Below are positions 34,181 through 47,693 of a DNA stretch of 64,000 bases, piece after piece. This DNA is from Marsupella aquatica (lineage: Eukaryota; Plantae; Marchantiophyta), in the NCBI GenBank assembly GCA_973895155.1, contig OZ316895.1:20846803-20910802 (forward strand), given 5' to 3'. Each line of letters opens with the position of its first letter. The first letter of the stretch is position 1. The position numbers and the translations under genes were made by a program. The notes below the pieces were generated by a model, which saw nothing but the letters and a program-made list of their open reading frames with translations, was not told the DNA's origin and did no database searches.

Positions 34181-36602
34181 TTTATGGAGTGGTTGACCAC
34201 TTTGTGGCCCTACTATAATCCTCTCTTTGATCCCCTCCTGGTGTGGGTCCTTGTCCTAATAGTGGGGGCTCACCTCGACATGGGTTTGCTATAATGAATG
34301 TATGTCACTATTGGGACGGGGAGAGACTCCTAATTGTTCTTCCCCATTGTGATGGAACAAGAACATGTTTAGGGTTTAGTGCTTTCCTTTTTCAAAATTA
34401 AGAGAGGGCAATGATGTGCCAAATGTATTCCCGGTCACCTGCAGTGAAAGAAAACAAACCCAAGGGTCCACAATGGGCAACCAACAGATGGAGATATTGT
34501 ATGATGCAAGCTTACAGAAATTGTGCTACTCAGGAAATTATTGCTAGCCAGCCACATGACTGATTCTTAATGCTTTTTGGCTGACTTTTGGATTTCTAAG
34601 GCTCTATATGGCTAGCAACCGCCAAAAGAGAAGTCCCAAAACTTACTGGGATTTACTAAAAAATGACACAAATTCTAAGATATTTGAAACCAAGTTTGCC
34701 AGCTATGTGGTATACATTTAGGGGTCTTTTCCTACGAGAAGGAAATATGGTACTGTGAGGAATGTTTTTCTCTTGCAAAGTGAGTTGTTGTACTGTTTGT
34801 TAGCAAGCTACAACTACGCCAACAGATGCTGCCAGCCAACCCAATGAAGAACCCCAGGTCAACAAGAGGGGACCTTGGGCCTGGAATGGTAGGATCATGT
34901 AGCCAGATGCCTAACCTACAACTACAGCTGGGGATATGCACCTCCCAATGAATAGCTCCCAAGCTTGGGATATGCACCTCCCAATGAAGGTCAGCCGAGT
35001 GTATTCTAAATTAGTACCTAAATTGCTCGTAGCTCTCCAATGAGGTATCGTAGCGACGCAGTAATGTAGGAATGTCTACGAAACAGGTTGCCCAGCTTGG
35101 GTACTTTCCCCTTTAAAAAATAAAATACAGGGGGGGATAGCGTAGATCAGCCGGCATACAAGCACCTTACAAGCACCTTTGCTAGAAATTGCATCTGTTT
35201 ATCTGCACGCCATTCAGCAAATAGAAAGTCTATAAAAACTAATGATACATATTCAATCAAAGCTTCCCATAGATTGCTATATTAGACAGTGTCTGAATGG
35301 GCGGTCAAAACTCATCCACCTTTTCGAAATGGTATTTTTACATAAATAGTGTCAATTAATTTGGTTCATGTAAGAATAAGTCCAACATTGTGGTCCCATC
35401 TGGGTGTCAATACACGCCAATCTTAGGAAAATCCATGTCACTCAAGAAAAGATGTGTGAAATCCATGAAGAAGAGTCAGAAACTGACAAAACCCACTCGG
35501 TGGTGGTCAGCTCAAGCAGTTAGGGGTACTTGAGACCAGCAGGACCACACACTTCGTGCATGACATAATCACAAAATTCCTTAATGAAATTAAAATACAA
35601 TAGTTATAGATATGATTTATTTACTTGGTTGTCTCCAAGATATGCTTAATAGAGCCCCTACCTGAAACACTATACTTGACCTGCCCCCACTAAACCCCTC
35701 TTACTGAGCAGTACATAATGTTCTTATAAAAGTTATTCTAAAGTGAGATTTTGGGTTAGAAGGACCAAATTGGGTAAATAACAACTATAGGCCTTTGAAC
35801 CATGAGCTTTCACTGCTCAGTTTTATAGTGACTGTCCCCGGTCAAACCGCATGGCTTGCACAGGGGTAATTGTTGTCGTAAATTGGGCGAAGCCACTCAT
35901 TTTGGCTCATTCCAAATTACAAAATTGGGATAATCAAATGTCTTCATGTGAAAGCATTCTTTGTCGTAAAAATATATTCAATTTTTTTCCATTAGGTCTT
36001 CTTGAGAATGTTTGAGAGTGGAGGTTGGAGGAGAGTGGGCGAATGAATGTGTGGTGGGGAAAAACAATGCCAGGGACAGAGGGTTTTGGGAGCAGCTAAC
36101 AATGGCAAGGCTGAATCAAGGCAGTCTAGTTGGTGTTTTGTTTTGTCTTAATTGCTCTAGGCATTGGGGTTTGTTGTTTGGACCTTACTTGCGATTTTGA
36201 GTACACTGTTATTCCTTGTCCATTGTATGTCAGAACAATTTTTGTCATTTTCTCCCCTTTGGAATCCAGACACACAATAGTGTTCATTATGTGCAATCTC
36301 CGTTATTTTGCTTAGAGTCCAATTTAATCAAAATCAGAATTGAACAATTTACTTGTATTGGCTGTTGTCAGGCTCCTATCAGAGCAAATGGTCATAGGGT
36401 CAATCTGGAGTTACTTGGAGTCAATGAGTAGGGGCATGAAGTATTTAGATGCCCCGTTGGTTGCTCTTGTTGTGATGAAGTTTGCAAATTTGGAAGCCTC
36501 TGTGCAGTGCAATGTGCAATTTACCGTGCCCAAATGGCACCCTATTTGCAAATAACTACTTTCTCTGACAAATATGCTGTGTAATTTGAAAACAGCTTCA
36601 CA

Positions 36603-36950
36603 ATGTCTTCCAAAACCACCAGTGTTGACCATTCACCCGACCTTAACGGCATGGGTGAGCAAAAAAGCACTCTCAGCTAAAAAAAAAAGACTAAGTGTGA
36701 TCTCAAGACAATATGGACATTGTCTTCCAAAACCACCAGTTTTGACTATTCACCTCTGCCCTAATGGCATGGGTGAGCAAAATCTGCTCTTGTTGCTAAG
36801 TGTGCTCTATGAGCAATCTCTTTTGGTTGCTCTTTTCTTTGATTGCATTGTACTTTACTTTTTGTGGCAGCTCCTTTGACTTTCATGGTCCCGGAGCTTA
36901 TAATTCATTACCATTACCATTACCATATTGTCTTCCAAAACCACCACTGT
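36603..36950. repeat. Three dispersed copies of TGTCTTCCAAAACCACCA (first two extend ~60 bp)
   Basis: Copies at ~36604, ~36721 and ~36929. Confidence 0.7.
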
Positions 36951-39900
36951 CACTGACACTACACAATGCATTGCCTCCTGACTTGTAAAACCCTTAAATT
37001 TAAAACAACATGAATAAACAATTCATAATGTCTAGCTTCTCCCAAAACTGCATAATTACGTGCGCTCCTCATTGCAAGCAACACGACATGGAAAAGGGTA
37101 GGGCAAGACTGACTGCAAAGTGACATGGAAGGTCAGGATCCAAAATTGTGCAAGTTTCTTGCTTTTAGAAGAACTATGTGTACGAATCATTAGAGGGAAT
37201 CATTAAGAGGGGGTTGATTGGGTAATGAAAGTTCCAAGGGAATGATCAAGTGAAGTTTTTCAGGTAGGGGGTCTATTAAGCATATCCCTCGCTTGTCTCC
37301 TTAGAATAATTACAATCATGTAAAAAAACTGTGTCCATATATTAGGACATCCGCACCGGTGAATGCTATTCAACCGACACCCTTGAAAGGACAGTAGTTT
37401 TGCCAGTCGGAGAAAAAATGCATTCACTGAGGCACATGGGATCACAAACTTTTCCCAGTCTCCATATTCAGGCAATTTTGCTCGCAATTTTGGAGGTCTC
37501 AAATGGCTTGTTTTTGTGCATGCCAAACCAGACCCTGGGCAACTCTTGATGGTGAGATCTGGATGTGATGTATGTTTCCGTTCCTAGCCCTTCCATGTTT
37601 GCTCTGCAATTATTGTGCCTTGAGTCACAAATATAGGCACTAGTGCTGTTCTTTGTTTTTGGCTGCCCTCACTGATCACTGCTTGCAATCAGCAGCCATT
37701 ATTTTAGGTTTTCAGGGTGAGAGCTTGAAAACCATATGCATAATAAGAAGGGTAATTTTGCTCCATAAATTTATAAGAACCAAAAGAACTAATAACAGTA
37801 ACTCAGGTTTCATCGGGTGCATGGAGGGAACACTGGTGGTCTAATTGTAAGTATTGCAAATGGAGACAATCAAGTAGCCTAGGTTCTCCAAGGTCATCTG
37901 TCACCCGGGGTCCTCACTTATTTCCTTCCTCCCATCACGCGCGACTAAGTATAGGGTTTTTTAATTCAATTTTGCGGAAGACTTAGGAAGTTTTGTTGAA
38001 GAATTTTGTAGGTAATTCAATTTTGCAACTTAGAAGTATGGTAGGGATGGGAAAAAACTCAATTTGTCACCCAGCACCCAGCAGCGGCCTATATTAATAA
38101 TCTGAAAAGATAGCAAAATGATTGTTTAACAATAAAACATGACAATTAGTATTTAAATCTGAGGTTTAGTTTACCTGCCTTTGAGCTTAGTTAACCATCT
38201 TGACCATTTGGCTAGGTTACGAGAACCTGTTCACAACCCTACCTACCAAGAGCGCAATTTAAATTAATCTTTGAATCTTATGTAACTGATAAATTCTATA
38301 GCATTTTATCATCTTGCATGAACCCACTCTTACAATATAATGTTGCAACCTTCATGGTGATTGTTTTTAACTTGAAAAAACCGAGAAAAGCACCATTCAG
38401 TTGATTTTATTGATGAGTGCAATCTGGAGCATATAATAAGTGGGAGCAACTACACTCAGCTTTACAAGAACTCAGGGGCTCAGTCAGGTATGCAGTCTAC
38501 GTTAGGGGCTCAGTCCTACATGGCAAGTAGTGGGCTCAAGTAACTGCTGATGTGGTATGCTTACTCTGTCTAGAATCGTAGACCACCTCGAGTGTCAGTC
38601 CAACCAATTTCCAAGCATTGGCTCCTTCATTCAAGGGATTTCCTTTTATTGAACATCATTATAAAAGATTTTGGTCTGGAGTCTATCTCTAGAACAAGAA
38701 GTGGCCCTCCAGTTTCCTTTGGTGACAAAATAAGTCACAAGTGCCCCAGGCCTTGTAAAGCTGTCCTCAGACCAATATATGGGACCATATATCTCCTACC
38801 CCAAGGGATTTTGGTTACTGAGTACATTAATACCCAATTTCAAAACATATATATTTTTAGTTTACTGTACTTAGCTATCATCCCGAATTGAAAGAAGCCC
38901 CAATGAATCCTGATCAAATAATTTCCCTAAACTGTAGAGATCACCAACTGACTACCTATCAAAGTCTTGAAGACCCAGCAAGGAACTCGGTACAAAGTCA
39001 GCTATTATACAATCTCTTCTATAATTATGCAGATCTAGTAATAAAAATAAAAAATCTCTTCTATAAGTATGCAGATCTAGTAATTAAAAAAACATCATCC
39101 CTGAAAACCAGACAGCATTCCAGTAACTGGGATGGACCTACTTTTAGTATTTTCCTTGTTGGTTTCAAGTTTGGTTACACTAACCAAACCGAGTAGGGTT
39201 GGAGCCCGGGGTTGGAGATGCTCTTAGGCAACAAGAGCTCTTAGGCAAAAAGATAGAACTACAAGTTTGAGCATGAAAAGCTTAAGGTGTTAATACTGCA
39301 AACAATAGGCAATGCAAAAAAATGTTCCGTCTCACAGGCATGGAGTTTGGTGCACTTGAATAGGATAATGTCCTGGTTAGAGGGCATTGTGGGATATAAT
39401 GCCCATAACTAGGACATTAATGTACGTAAAAACTTGAGTGACTTTTCGATAACAAACAAGAAAAAGTGAATCCCTGTAATCAAAAATTCAGATAAAAGGT
39501 CATCCAAGAAGTGGTTGCTATGGAATTGGCCAAAAATATACGTTCTTGAGTTATATTAGATTCTATTCTTAGATATTTTGTTCGTATCACCATATAAGAT
39601 TTGCTTATCATCTTGAGATTTTGACTAAATTTAATTGTTTTTTGTGTATGGTAAAACTATATTTAATTTTTACTTTTACTATATTTATGGTGTTTTGTAT
39701 AATCCCCTCTTCAAAAAAAGGGGTGCATTATGGAGAATTAATGCACTCAAATATACAAAGAGAAAAGTCATGAAAGGTTTTACGTAATTGGGGCAATCCC
39801 TACCTTTCTAGTTTAAGTACTCAGTAGTTCAAAACGTCTTTATTAGTTCACATGAACATGCAAGGAAATCTCAACTGAAACTTGCGGGCCCTATAGAGCA

Positions 39901-42900
39901 TGCATGTGTAAATGATTGTGTGCTTGATTTGACCTAGGAAAGGATAGATTTGACTGTACATTCAATATATCTAGACCTAATATACACTAAGTAAGGGCTA
40001 ACTTGCTTGAATAGGGAGTGGTGATTGAATTGGGACCACTTTTGTTTGTTAAACTGCCTCGGTCCATTTAATTCCCCAAATGAACCATAGACGGATCCCA
40101 GGCTATAGTTCGAGAGGATTATAGGTGTAACTTCGGATATCTCGGCTGTGTTACTGATAGAGACAGATTTATCTCTATTTCTTTCTTGTGAAAATACTGA
40201 GATCGTATCTCTCAAAATCCGGTGTTCCAGATCACCATAAGTAGTCAATTTTCTTAATCTTACTATAAAAGTGCAAAACTAAAACCTACTCTTAAGAGCC
40301 TAGGTCTAGAGTGAAGACTCTAGACTGTAACTCCTAATGTAGACAAAAGTGATCATGAGTCTCAATAAGGACAAAACTTATAAGGAGGATGGACAGAAAT
40401 GACATTGACTATAAATAACGATAAAACTGATATGATCAAATGAGGGTGAACAAAAAACAAGTATGGGGCAAAGATTAACAAAAATAGCATAGAAAGTGTA
40501 TTGTGCAATACGTTTTTTCTTCATGTCTATTTACTTTCAAGGAACGGGTAATGGGGCTACTAAAGTAATAAAGATGAGCACAAAGTGACTATTTTATCCT
40601 CCCACTACTTCTGGGATAGTAGTTGCTTAACAATCACACCGTTGGTTAACTGAGCAGTTAAATTTGAATTTGTAAAAAATACTTTGTCTAGCAAACAGTT
40701 GCCTAGATCCTTCAAGCCACTCAGAGTTCCATGCTTAAAAAAGTGGTCATCAAATTGGGGACCACATGATTTGCTTGATAACCTAGTGTTTTGGCCAACT
40801 ACAAGAAGCTGTGGTACCTCAAGATTCTGACTGCCTAAGGTTCCACTTTGGCTTCCATTGCTAAAATTAGTTACAAATTGGAGATGAAGGGATGCTCATC
40901 CTAAAATATGTTTTATTTTTTGTCTTGTAGTTATCCACTAACAACCTTTACAGTATCTTTCTACCTTAAAATTTAATATTAAGTTAGAAATAATTATATT
41001 ATTGTGACTTGAAAGGTACTCCGATTTGGTGGGTGGAACTGAAAAATCAATGGTGTGTTGCATCCTAACTGTGTATAATGAAATTTAAAATTGATTATGG
41101 ACCCTCATGGAAAACGTGTTCCAAATTCCCTAGCAACATGTGTGACCATATCATCAATTTTCATCACAAACATGAATTTATATGGTTGCTGTAACAAACA
41201 AGACACCCAGAGGCCTAAACAGCTAGACCTGGGAAACAGCTTTTTTTTAACTAAAAGGGAAATTTGTAAAACCCCACAGAAAATGAATAGTCAATCATAA
41301 CATTTGAACACTAGACCAATAAGTCTCAACTCAAGTGTACCACACAACCATGCCTTTGTGGGCAGATCTGGGAACAATTAGACCTGGGAACAGTAAACTG
41401 AATTAAACATGTTCGAGGATGAACATGCTATATCATAGTAGTGATAATTAACTAGACTATATCCTTATGTGTGCCTAAATGCTTATAAGAAGTTCATACT
41501 ACCTAAAATACTTGGGTGCATTCATGAAATGTAGAGGTCAAACCTATGCCATATGGGTGTGCCTCATACTAAAGAAGCTTTCAAAATTAAATGGATGGGG
41601 CAAAAAAATTAGGAAAATGTGGTCAGGGATAATTTTAAAAGGGAATTAGAATGTGTGTTTACTAACAAAATTTTGGGACCAAAAAAATCAAATTCACAGA
41701 AATTACAAAAGTATAAACCACAATAACCCACATTTTAAGCTTACTGAAAAGATATCACTTGAGCAGCTCATAAGGGATTCTCTATGAGGGGAGGTCAGAA
41801 TTAGAGACTTGCATGCTTGCTATCCATCCAGGCAAGTCTATGTTCTTGATTTTCCTACATTGTATTTTGTGACTTCACATGCCCACAGGAAATGCTTTCT
41901 CGTCTCCCATAGCTCTAACTTAGTGTTACCATTTCTTCCCTCTTTCAATTTACAATAGGAACATGAACATAGTCCATGCTTTGTCCCTCAGGATACATAC
42001 AGATAGCTTAGTTGTGTTGGGTTTTGTTTTCTGTCACAGTGACAGCCTTTGTTAGTAATTTGACTCCACAACTCAAAACTCCCCCAAAATTGCTATGGAA
42101 CACAGAATCTGTGACGGCCACCTTTTTTTCTCATAACAGATGGCTGTATGTTGTGGCTATAAGCTGAGACTAAATGCTTCAATCGGCAAAAGATATTAAA
42201 TTTTGAAATTCTATTCTTCTTATGGAAGCTTACTACAAAATCCTTATGGCAAGTCAGAGAAAACTGATCACATAGATCTGAGATGTCCTAGTCTAAGGTG
42301 CTTTGCTCAGGTCTCTTTAGTAGACCGATGGTTGACTGACTGAAGTGAAGTCAAGTAGCTGGACCAGCTCACAATCTGTGGTTGATATGTCCAGGGTAAA
42401 GTAATTGTAGTAGGGTACTTTGGTAGAAATGCATGCTCCAGAGCAGGGCGTCTACCCTGTGTTGGATGGGCCTGCTTTTGGTTTTCAAGGCAAAAAAAAC
42501 ACATCTTGAGAGAGAAAACACGGGAACAGAGTCCAAGTGTGTGCCCAATGAGCTCCTTGGTCATGGACCTGGTGTATTGTCCGTTTCACTACCAGAAACT
42601 TGTACAATGTAGTGAGACTTGGGAAGATTGAATAGAAAGAGTGAATGAAGGAACAGAGAACTTCATAACGTAACATACTTTTGAGATATCTGTAAGCATT
42701 CAACAAAAGGCAATCACAATGATTCTACGAAAAGTCTGTTCTGAACCCTATGGGCATGACATGGCAATCAAAAGGATTCTGAATAAATGAAGTGTTGCTG
42801 ACCTAGAATTCGTTTTCAGATAGAATGCTGAACTAATTGCTGACAAAGCAGACTCAAATATGCATGGTCACCATAGATTCTCGAGAAGAAAGAACCCTAC

Positions 42901-43562
42901 TTATGCCCAACTCTCATTTAATTTTCGTTTATGGTTTCTCAACTAGCCTACAAAGTTCAGCTCGGGGAATGTGCTGTGCTCCTTACACTCTGACATACAA
43001 TACTACAAGTAAAGTCTTTGCCAATGGCAAACTAGAGAATTCAATGACCAACCTGAGCTTACTGCTCAATTCTCCATACAACTGAGCCTAAATATTCTGA
43101 GAAATATTCAGCCAGTGCGGAACACTTCAACACTACTGTAGGAGACTCAATCAGTGTATTGTAAAGTCAATGGGCGGATAGGCCAAAGTGATAGAGAGAT
43201 CACTAATCAGTTTAAAACCTCTTGAGTCTAGAAAATGATGCAGCCCCTCTGGACGAGACAACTTTTACACCTTCACTCATTGGCACTCTTTCCAACAGTT
43301 AAAGTTTGATCTTCAATATCTGCCTTGCTATCCAACAGAATAGTCTCTTCTTGGGCTCTTCATATATATATTAGTGACAGCTTGGAAAACGTGTGTTCCT
43401 AACCTAATATTCATAGGTTTTATGCATGATTGAGGGAATTATGAGTTTCCAAAGATTATCCTCTGGCCACAAAGAATGAATGAATGAAAGAGACTGATTT
43501 GTGTCCCCAATTGAGCCAGGGGACAAGGAAACAAAGCCTTCCAAGAACCGTAGCAGAATTAT

Positions 43563-43768
43563 GGGCAGCAGTTCAAGGTATTGCAAGATGGAGATTCTTC
43601 TGGATCAACCCCACTTTGAACCTATGCTGCTCATGAATTTGCCTCTTCATGAACTAAACCAAACTGAATATATCACTTTCGGCAGCAGTTCAAGGTACTG
43701 AAAGATGGAGCTCCTTCTGGATCAACCCCACTTGAACCCAGGCTGCTCATGAATTTGCCTTTTCATGT
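43563..43768. repeat. ~88-bp duplication (period ~117) downstream of GTPase B
   Basis: GGCAGCAGTTCAAGGTA..AAGATGGAG..CTTCTGGATCAACCCCACTT..GCTGCTCATGAATTTGCCT twice. Confidence 0.85.
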
Positions 43769-44233
43769 AGTAAAGTACAGCCAATTTTGTGAATACATCA
43801 GCTCCAAGATGAAGATCTTCGTTATTTGAAACTTGGGATTCACGATCTCATTGCAAGGATGTAGGTTTTCGTTACCATTTCAAATGTTGAGATATTGGAC
43901 TGGAAGGGTAGAACTTAGCTGCTACCCAGATTCGTGTAGGAATGAGCTTCTGCTGTCTCCTTAGAGCTTGGATGATGAGATTTCTTTGTAAACTCATTCC
44001 GAAGACGTCAAAAGCTTTGATCTGTCATCGATCTCAATTGAGGTCTCTCCGTATCTGCTTCCGTTTCTTTGGCATACACTTGTATCCTCTGTGACTTTGG
44101 TGCGGAGAAAGTGGCCCTCAATCGATCGGAGCCGACTTGTGAGAGTCGGTTTCTTCGACGAGAATTGTCCAAAAATTGCATTTGCATGATTGGAGCAACT
44201 GGTTCGATCAGAATCCATTCTTCAATCTCATCT

Positions 44234-45775
44234 TCAGTCACCTAGAGTTTCTAAGGGCAAGAGAAGACATCCGTCTTCAGGCGAGAGTAGAATGGACAGT
44301 CGATGCAGCCCAGTAGAGACCCTGTACGCCCCAATTCTCACTAGATTGAGTGCCCACTGAATTCCGACTGTCATTGCCTGCAAGTGGAACACGGCTTCGG
44401 ACATTACATCCAGCTCAGTCATCTTGGACCACTCTCCAAAATGACACCAAGTGTCGGATCGCTGGAGACTCATGAGACCACACTCTAGCTCCTTGAGAGA
44501 GTCCTCTCTGACCTGCTGATCCTCCATCTCCAATTCCTCATCCTCTTCGTGCACCTCAGGGAAGTCTGCGCTGAGGAAACTCTCACAGCCGAAGAAACAC
44601 TTCTTTAAGTGGTCGATGTTCTCAGGCAGCCAATTTTTGTCAGCGACGTCCATGACTACTACCGTAAAATGGTCCTTGATGGATTCTCCAAATAGTGCCA
44701 CAAAGAATGTCCAGAGAAGCGCCTCGAGCTTGTCTATTCTGCCCTTCTTGACGACATATATGTAATGTGTGTAGATCCCTCCGATCATCTGTACATACCT
44801 CTTGATCTTCCTCTCTCCTTCCTCTGATGTTATGGAGCCATCCCTCAGTTCTCCGAAGCCCGGTGTATCCACCACATACCACCCTCTCCCTTCCCCATAC
44901 TGGACGCTTGTGGTTTCCCCTCTGATGCTGGAGCTAGATTTGAGCTGTTTGGAATTGGGATCAAGTCGTCCCAAGGTGAGCATCTGTGCAAGAGTGGACT
45001 TCCCACTCCCGGACCTCCCAAACAAAATCACTCTTTCAGCGACCCATGGCCCTAGCCTTGTGATATTTCTGGCATTCGTCGGCATATCTCTGATCATGTA
45101 GAAGGTCGCTTCATCGGTAGCCTTAACCGTAATATTCTTTGACTTCTCCCGTCTTTCCAGTCGGAAGATGTTTCTAACAGCTGAGTTGACGATATCAGTG
45201 AACGAGTCTCTGTCCCTCAAATCCGCATAACTGACATTGTTCGTTGAGAACTTGTGTCGCTCGATGAAGTTTGCCATCCGCCTCCTCTCATTGAGCGCTT
45301 CATCGTCGTCAAACTTGTCGTCTCCGTTCACTGCCACGAAAATGATGGACTGCTTGTGCTCCGGGAAAATGAAGTTGCCCAAGAAGTGCAACCAGGAATA
45401 GACTTGTAGGTAGAAATTTGTCTCTTCGGTCTTGGACTCCTCGGCGATAAGGGCGTCGTCACCTGCGATCACGCAAACTACGCATACCCGTCTCCGAAGC
45501 ATCCGCCGGAGGGCGTTGTCTGCAATCCAGCGCTTAACTTCATGGAAAACTTGCTCTCCGATATAATGTTTGGAGAAGGGGACAGTGTCAACAACCAAAA
45601 GCTCCGACTTTCTCGTGAAATTCCGAACCCCCGACTTTGAAACATCGACTTCCCAGGCTCCAACAGCTTCAGCTAAAGCATCTGCCACCCGAGATTTGCT
45701 TCGTGAGTCCGTTCCAACCACCAAAATTACCCCTTCGTCGTTACTGTTTCTCCCGCTGTTGCTCTGCATCGCCAT
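44234..45775 (-). CDS. AIG1/IAN (GIMAP)-like P-loop GTPase, intronless, with degenerate N-terminal GTPase-like domain (paralogue B)
   Basis: ORF 44234..45817 (TTG start; first ATG 45775, ~513 aa). G1 ILFGRSGSGKST, SIRGET, G3 YVVDTPGFGE; shares GEGRGWYVVDTPGFGE exactly with paralogue A. Confidence 0.82.
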   Translation of the reverse strand: MAMQSNSGRNSNDEGVILVVGTDSRSKSRVADALAEAVGAWEVDVSKSGVRNFTRKSELLVVDTVPFSKHYIGEQVFHEVKRWIADNALRRMLRRRVCVVCVIAGDDALIAEESKTEETNFYLQVYSWLHFLGNFIFPEHKQSIIFVAVNGDDKFDDDEALNERRRMANFIERHKFSTNNVSYADLRDRDSFTDIVNSAVRNIFRLERREKSKNITVKATDEATFYMIRDMPTNARNITRLGPWVAERVILFGRSGSGKSTLAQMLTLGRLDPNSKQLKSSSSIRGETTSVQYGEGRGWYVVDTPGFGELRDGSITSEEGERKIKRYVQMIGGIYTHYIYVVKKGRIDKLEALLWTFFVALFGESIKDHFTVVVMDVADKNWLPENIDHLKKCFFGCESFLSADFPEVHEEDEELEMEDQQVREDSLKELECGLMSLQRSDTWCHFGEWSKMTELDVMSEAVFHLQAMTVGIQWALNLVRIGAYRVSTGLHRLSILLSPEDGCLLLPLETLGD

Positions 45776-47693
45776 TACTTGAATGTGCCGAATCTCGATA
45801 AACAGAGGGCGAGTCAATTTTCACTGATCAATAGACAGGTTCAAAATTTGTTTTCCGCTTCAAAGCAATAATCCGAATTCAGAACTTTCTCACGTCTCTC
45901 TCTTGGTCTTGGTCTGATTCTCGTCCACCAGGTAAAATATGGCGGTTGTATGTCCTCTACAGACTTGTCGAACGTCGTCAATTTTAAGATGAAAGCTTCC
46001 AGAAGATCGCTGCAGCAAATAATCAATACGTGCTGAGGTTGCCCGTGTACTACTCACGGTAAGGCAGACCTACGCCGCACATAATTAGTGGCGTGGGATT
46101 TTATCAATTACGTGAGTTGGAAGGAATGTGGCTTTCTCGAGGACCAAGCAACCTAACAGGGTGATATCATTTTCTACATGCTCTAATCGATCAATCAATC
46201 AATCAATTTCGTTCCACAAATCTCATGTCCGTGGTGAGGTAGTCCGTGTGCTGCTCATGCTAACCTATACATGATTCATGCGCGGGATTTAACAAACTCC
46301 GTGAGTTGGACAGCGACTGTTCTCGAAGGCCTAGCGAATACAGTTTTCTCAATACTCAAAGAGATATTTCCTAAATGTGTCTAACTGTGAGTAGCCCTTG
46401 TCCAGCCCTTTCAGTCATGTCATGGCCAGCTGAGTCAAGAGCGAAGACTCATCCTAGTGGTCGTGATGTGCTTCCGTTCTCCATCTTCTCCGACTCAAAA
46501 GCTCTTAAGTATGCTAGAGCCCTCTGCTGGGAAAATTTCTAGGATGGCGGTAAAGCCACTACGGTGGCGCAAAACGCGTTCTCAGCCTGAGGCAAAGCTA
46601 CCCGTCCCCTTACTTTCTGTTGTTGACACTCTCTCGCAAATCTATCAATACTCTGTTTCAGGCACGTGTTGTTGCGTCCGGAATGGACGCAGCCGCTTAA
46701 TTGTTTGCTCCTACTTCTTCCTCTGGAAATCAGCGAAGAAATTGACTGGGTGGGTGCCTCCCCATCCGTGTGAATTGAACAAAAAAGTGGAAGTTTTCTC
46801 CGGTGCCTGCGCATGGAATTGACAGAGTTGAAGAAGTCCACGAAGGTCTCATGAATGAAACAAGTGTCATGACACTGTCATATCATCATATCACGTGCTT
46901 TCCACGATGTTTCTTAATCATTTCCAGGTGCTCCATTGTGGGCGTCATGTAATCATTCTTGCTGGGTTTCCGATCATTCACTCACGGCTAAACTTTGATT
47001 CAGGTTTGGCCGACTGCCTGAGTCCACGCCGTTAGCGATCATACTCCATTGATCTTCTACTCCTCGTGAGTTGCGATTGGCGTCTGCCTTCAGTTGTTGA
47101 CCCGGTAGGTTCACAAGTGTCTCGACTTGAGGAGTGAGGATGACTCAGAGTGGGCATCAGTCTGCGGTGGCCATGAACGAGATTTTGGGGGGCCCCGGTG
47201 ACCTGTTGGGTCTCTCGGCGTGAAACAAGTTCGTTAGAGCTTTTCCACGTTAGTAGGCTTCCTTCTGTCGACCAATTCATAAAAGGGCATCATCAAATTC
47301 TCAAACCTTTATGTTTTGGCTAAATCTATCAGGCCCTCGTAAACTAGCTCATTCCAGGAACCTAAATTCCAATGACCTAAATTTTGCTGCCAGGGTTATG
47401 GACCATGACCTAAATGTTGCAGCCCAGGTTATGGACCAAAAATATGGGGTTCCCGCAAAAGGTGACTGTCACTAACTCGGGCGGTCAGCGCAACGCCCTC
47501 CGCACCAAGAGTTGCTTTGCACGAGAAGAGTTGGTGTCCTTCAAGGAATCATTTGGCCCTTTGAGAATTGCCAGCAACCATTCTAAAATTGTCGGTCCCC
47601 AGCTATAGCCAATGGGAGAGTGTTGAAAACCATTTCAAACCTGAAACTCTGTGGATTATGTTGGCCCTAAACTTGGATTTCAGTCCAGGTCGT

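Noticed and set aside
32000-43500. Numerous 60-105 aa ORFs in the long intergenic region
   Set aside because: No motifs, mostly non-ATG starts, no coherent exon chain.
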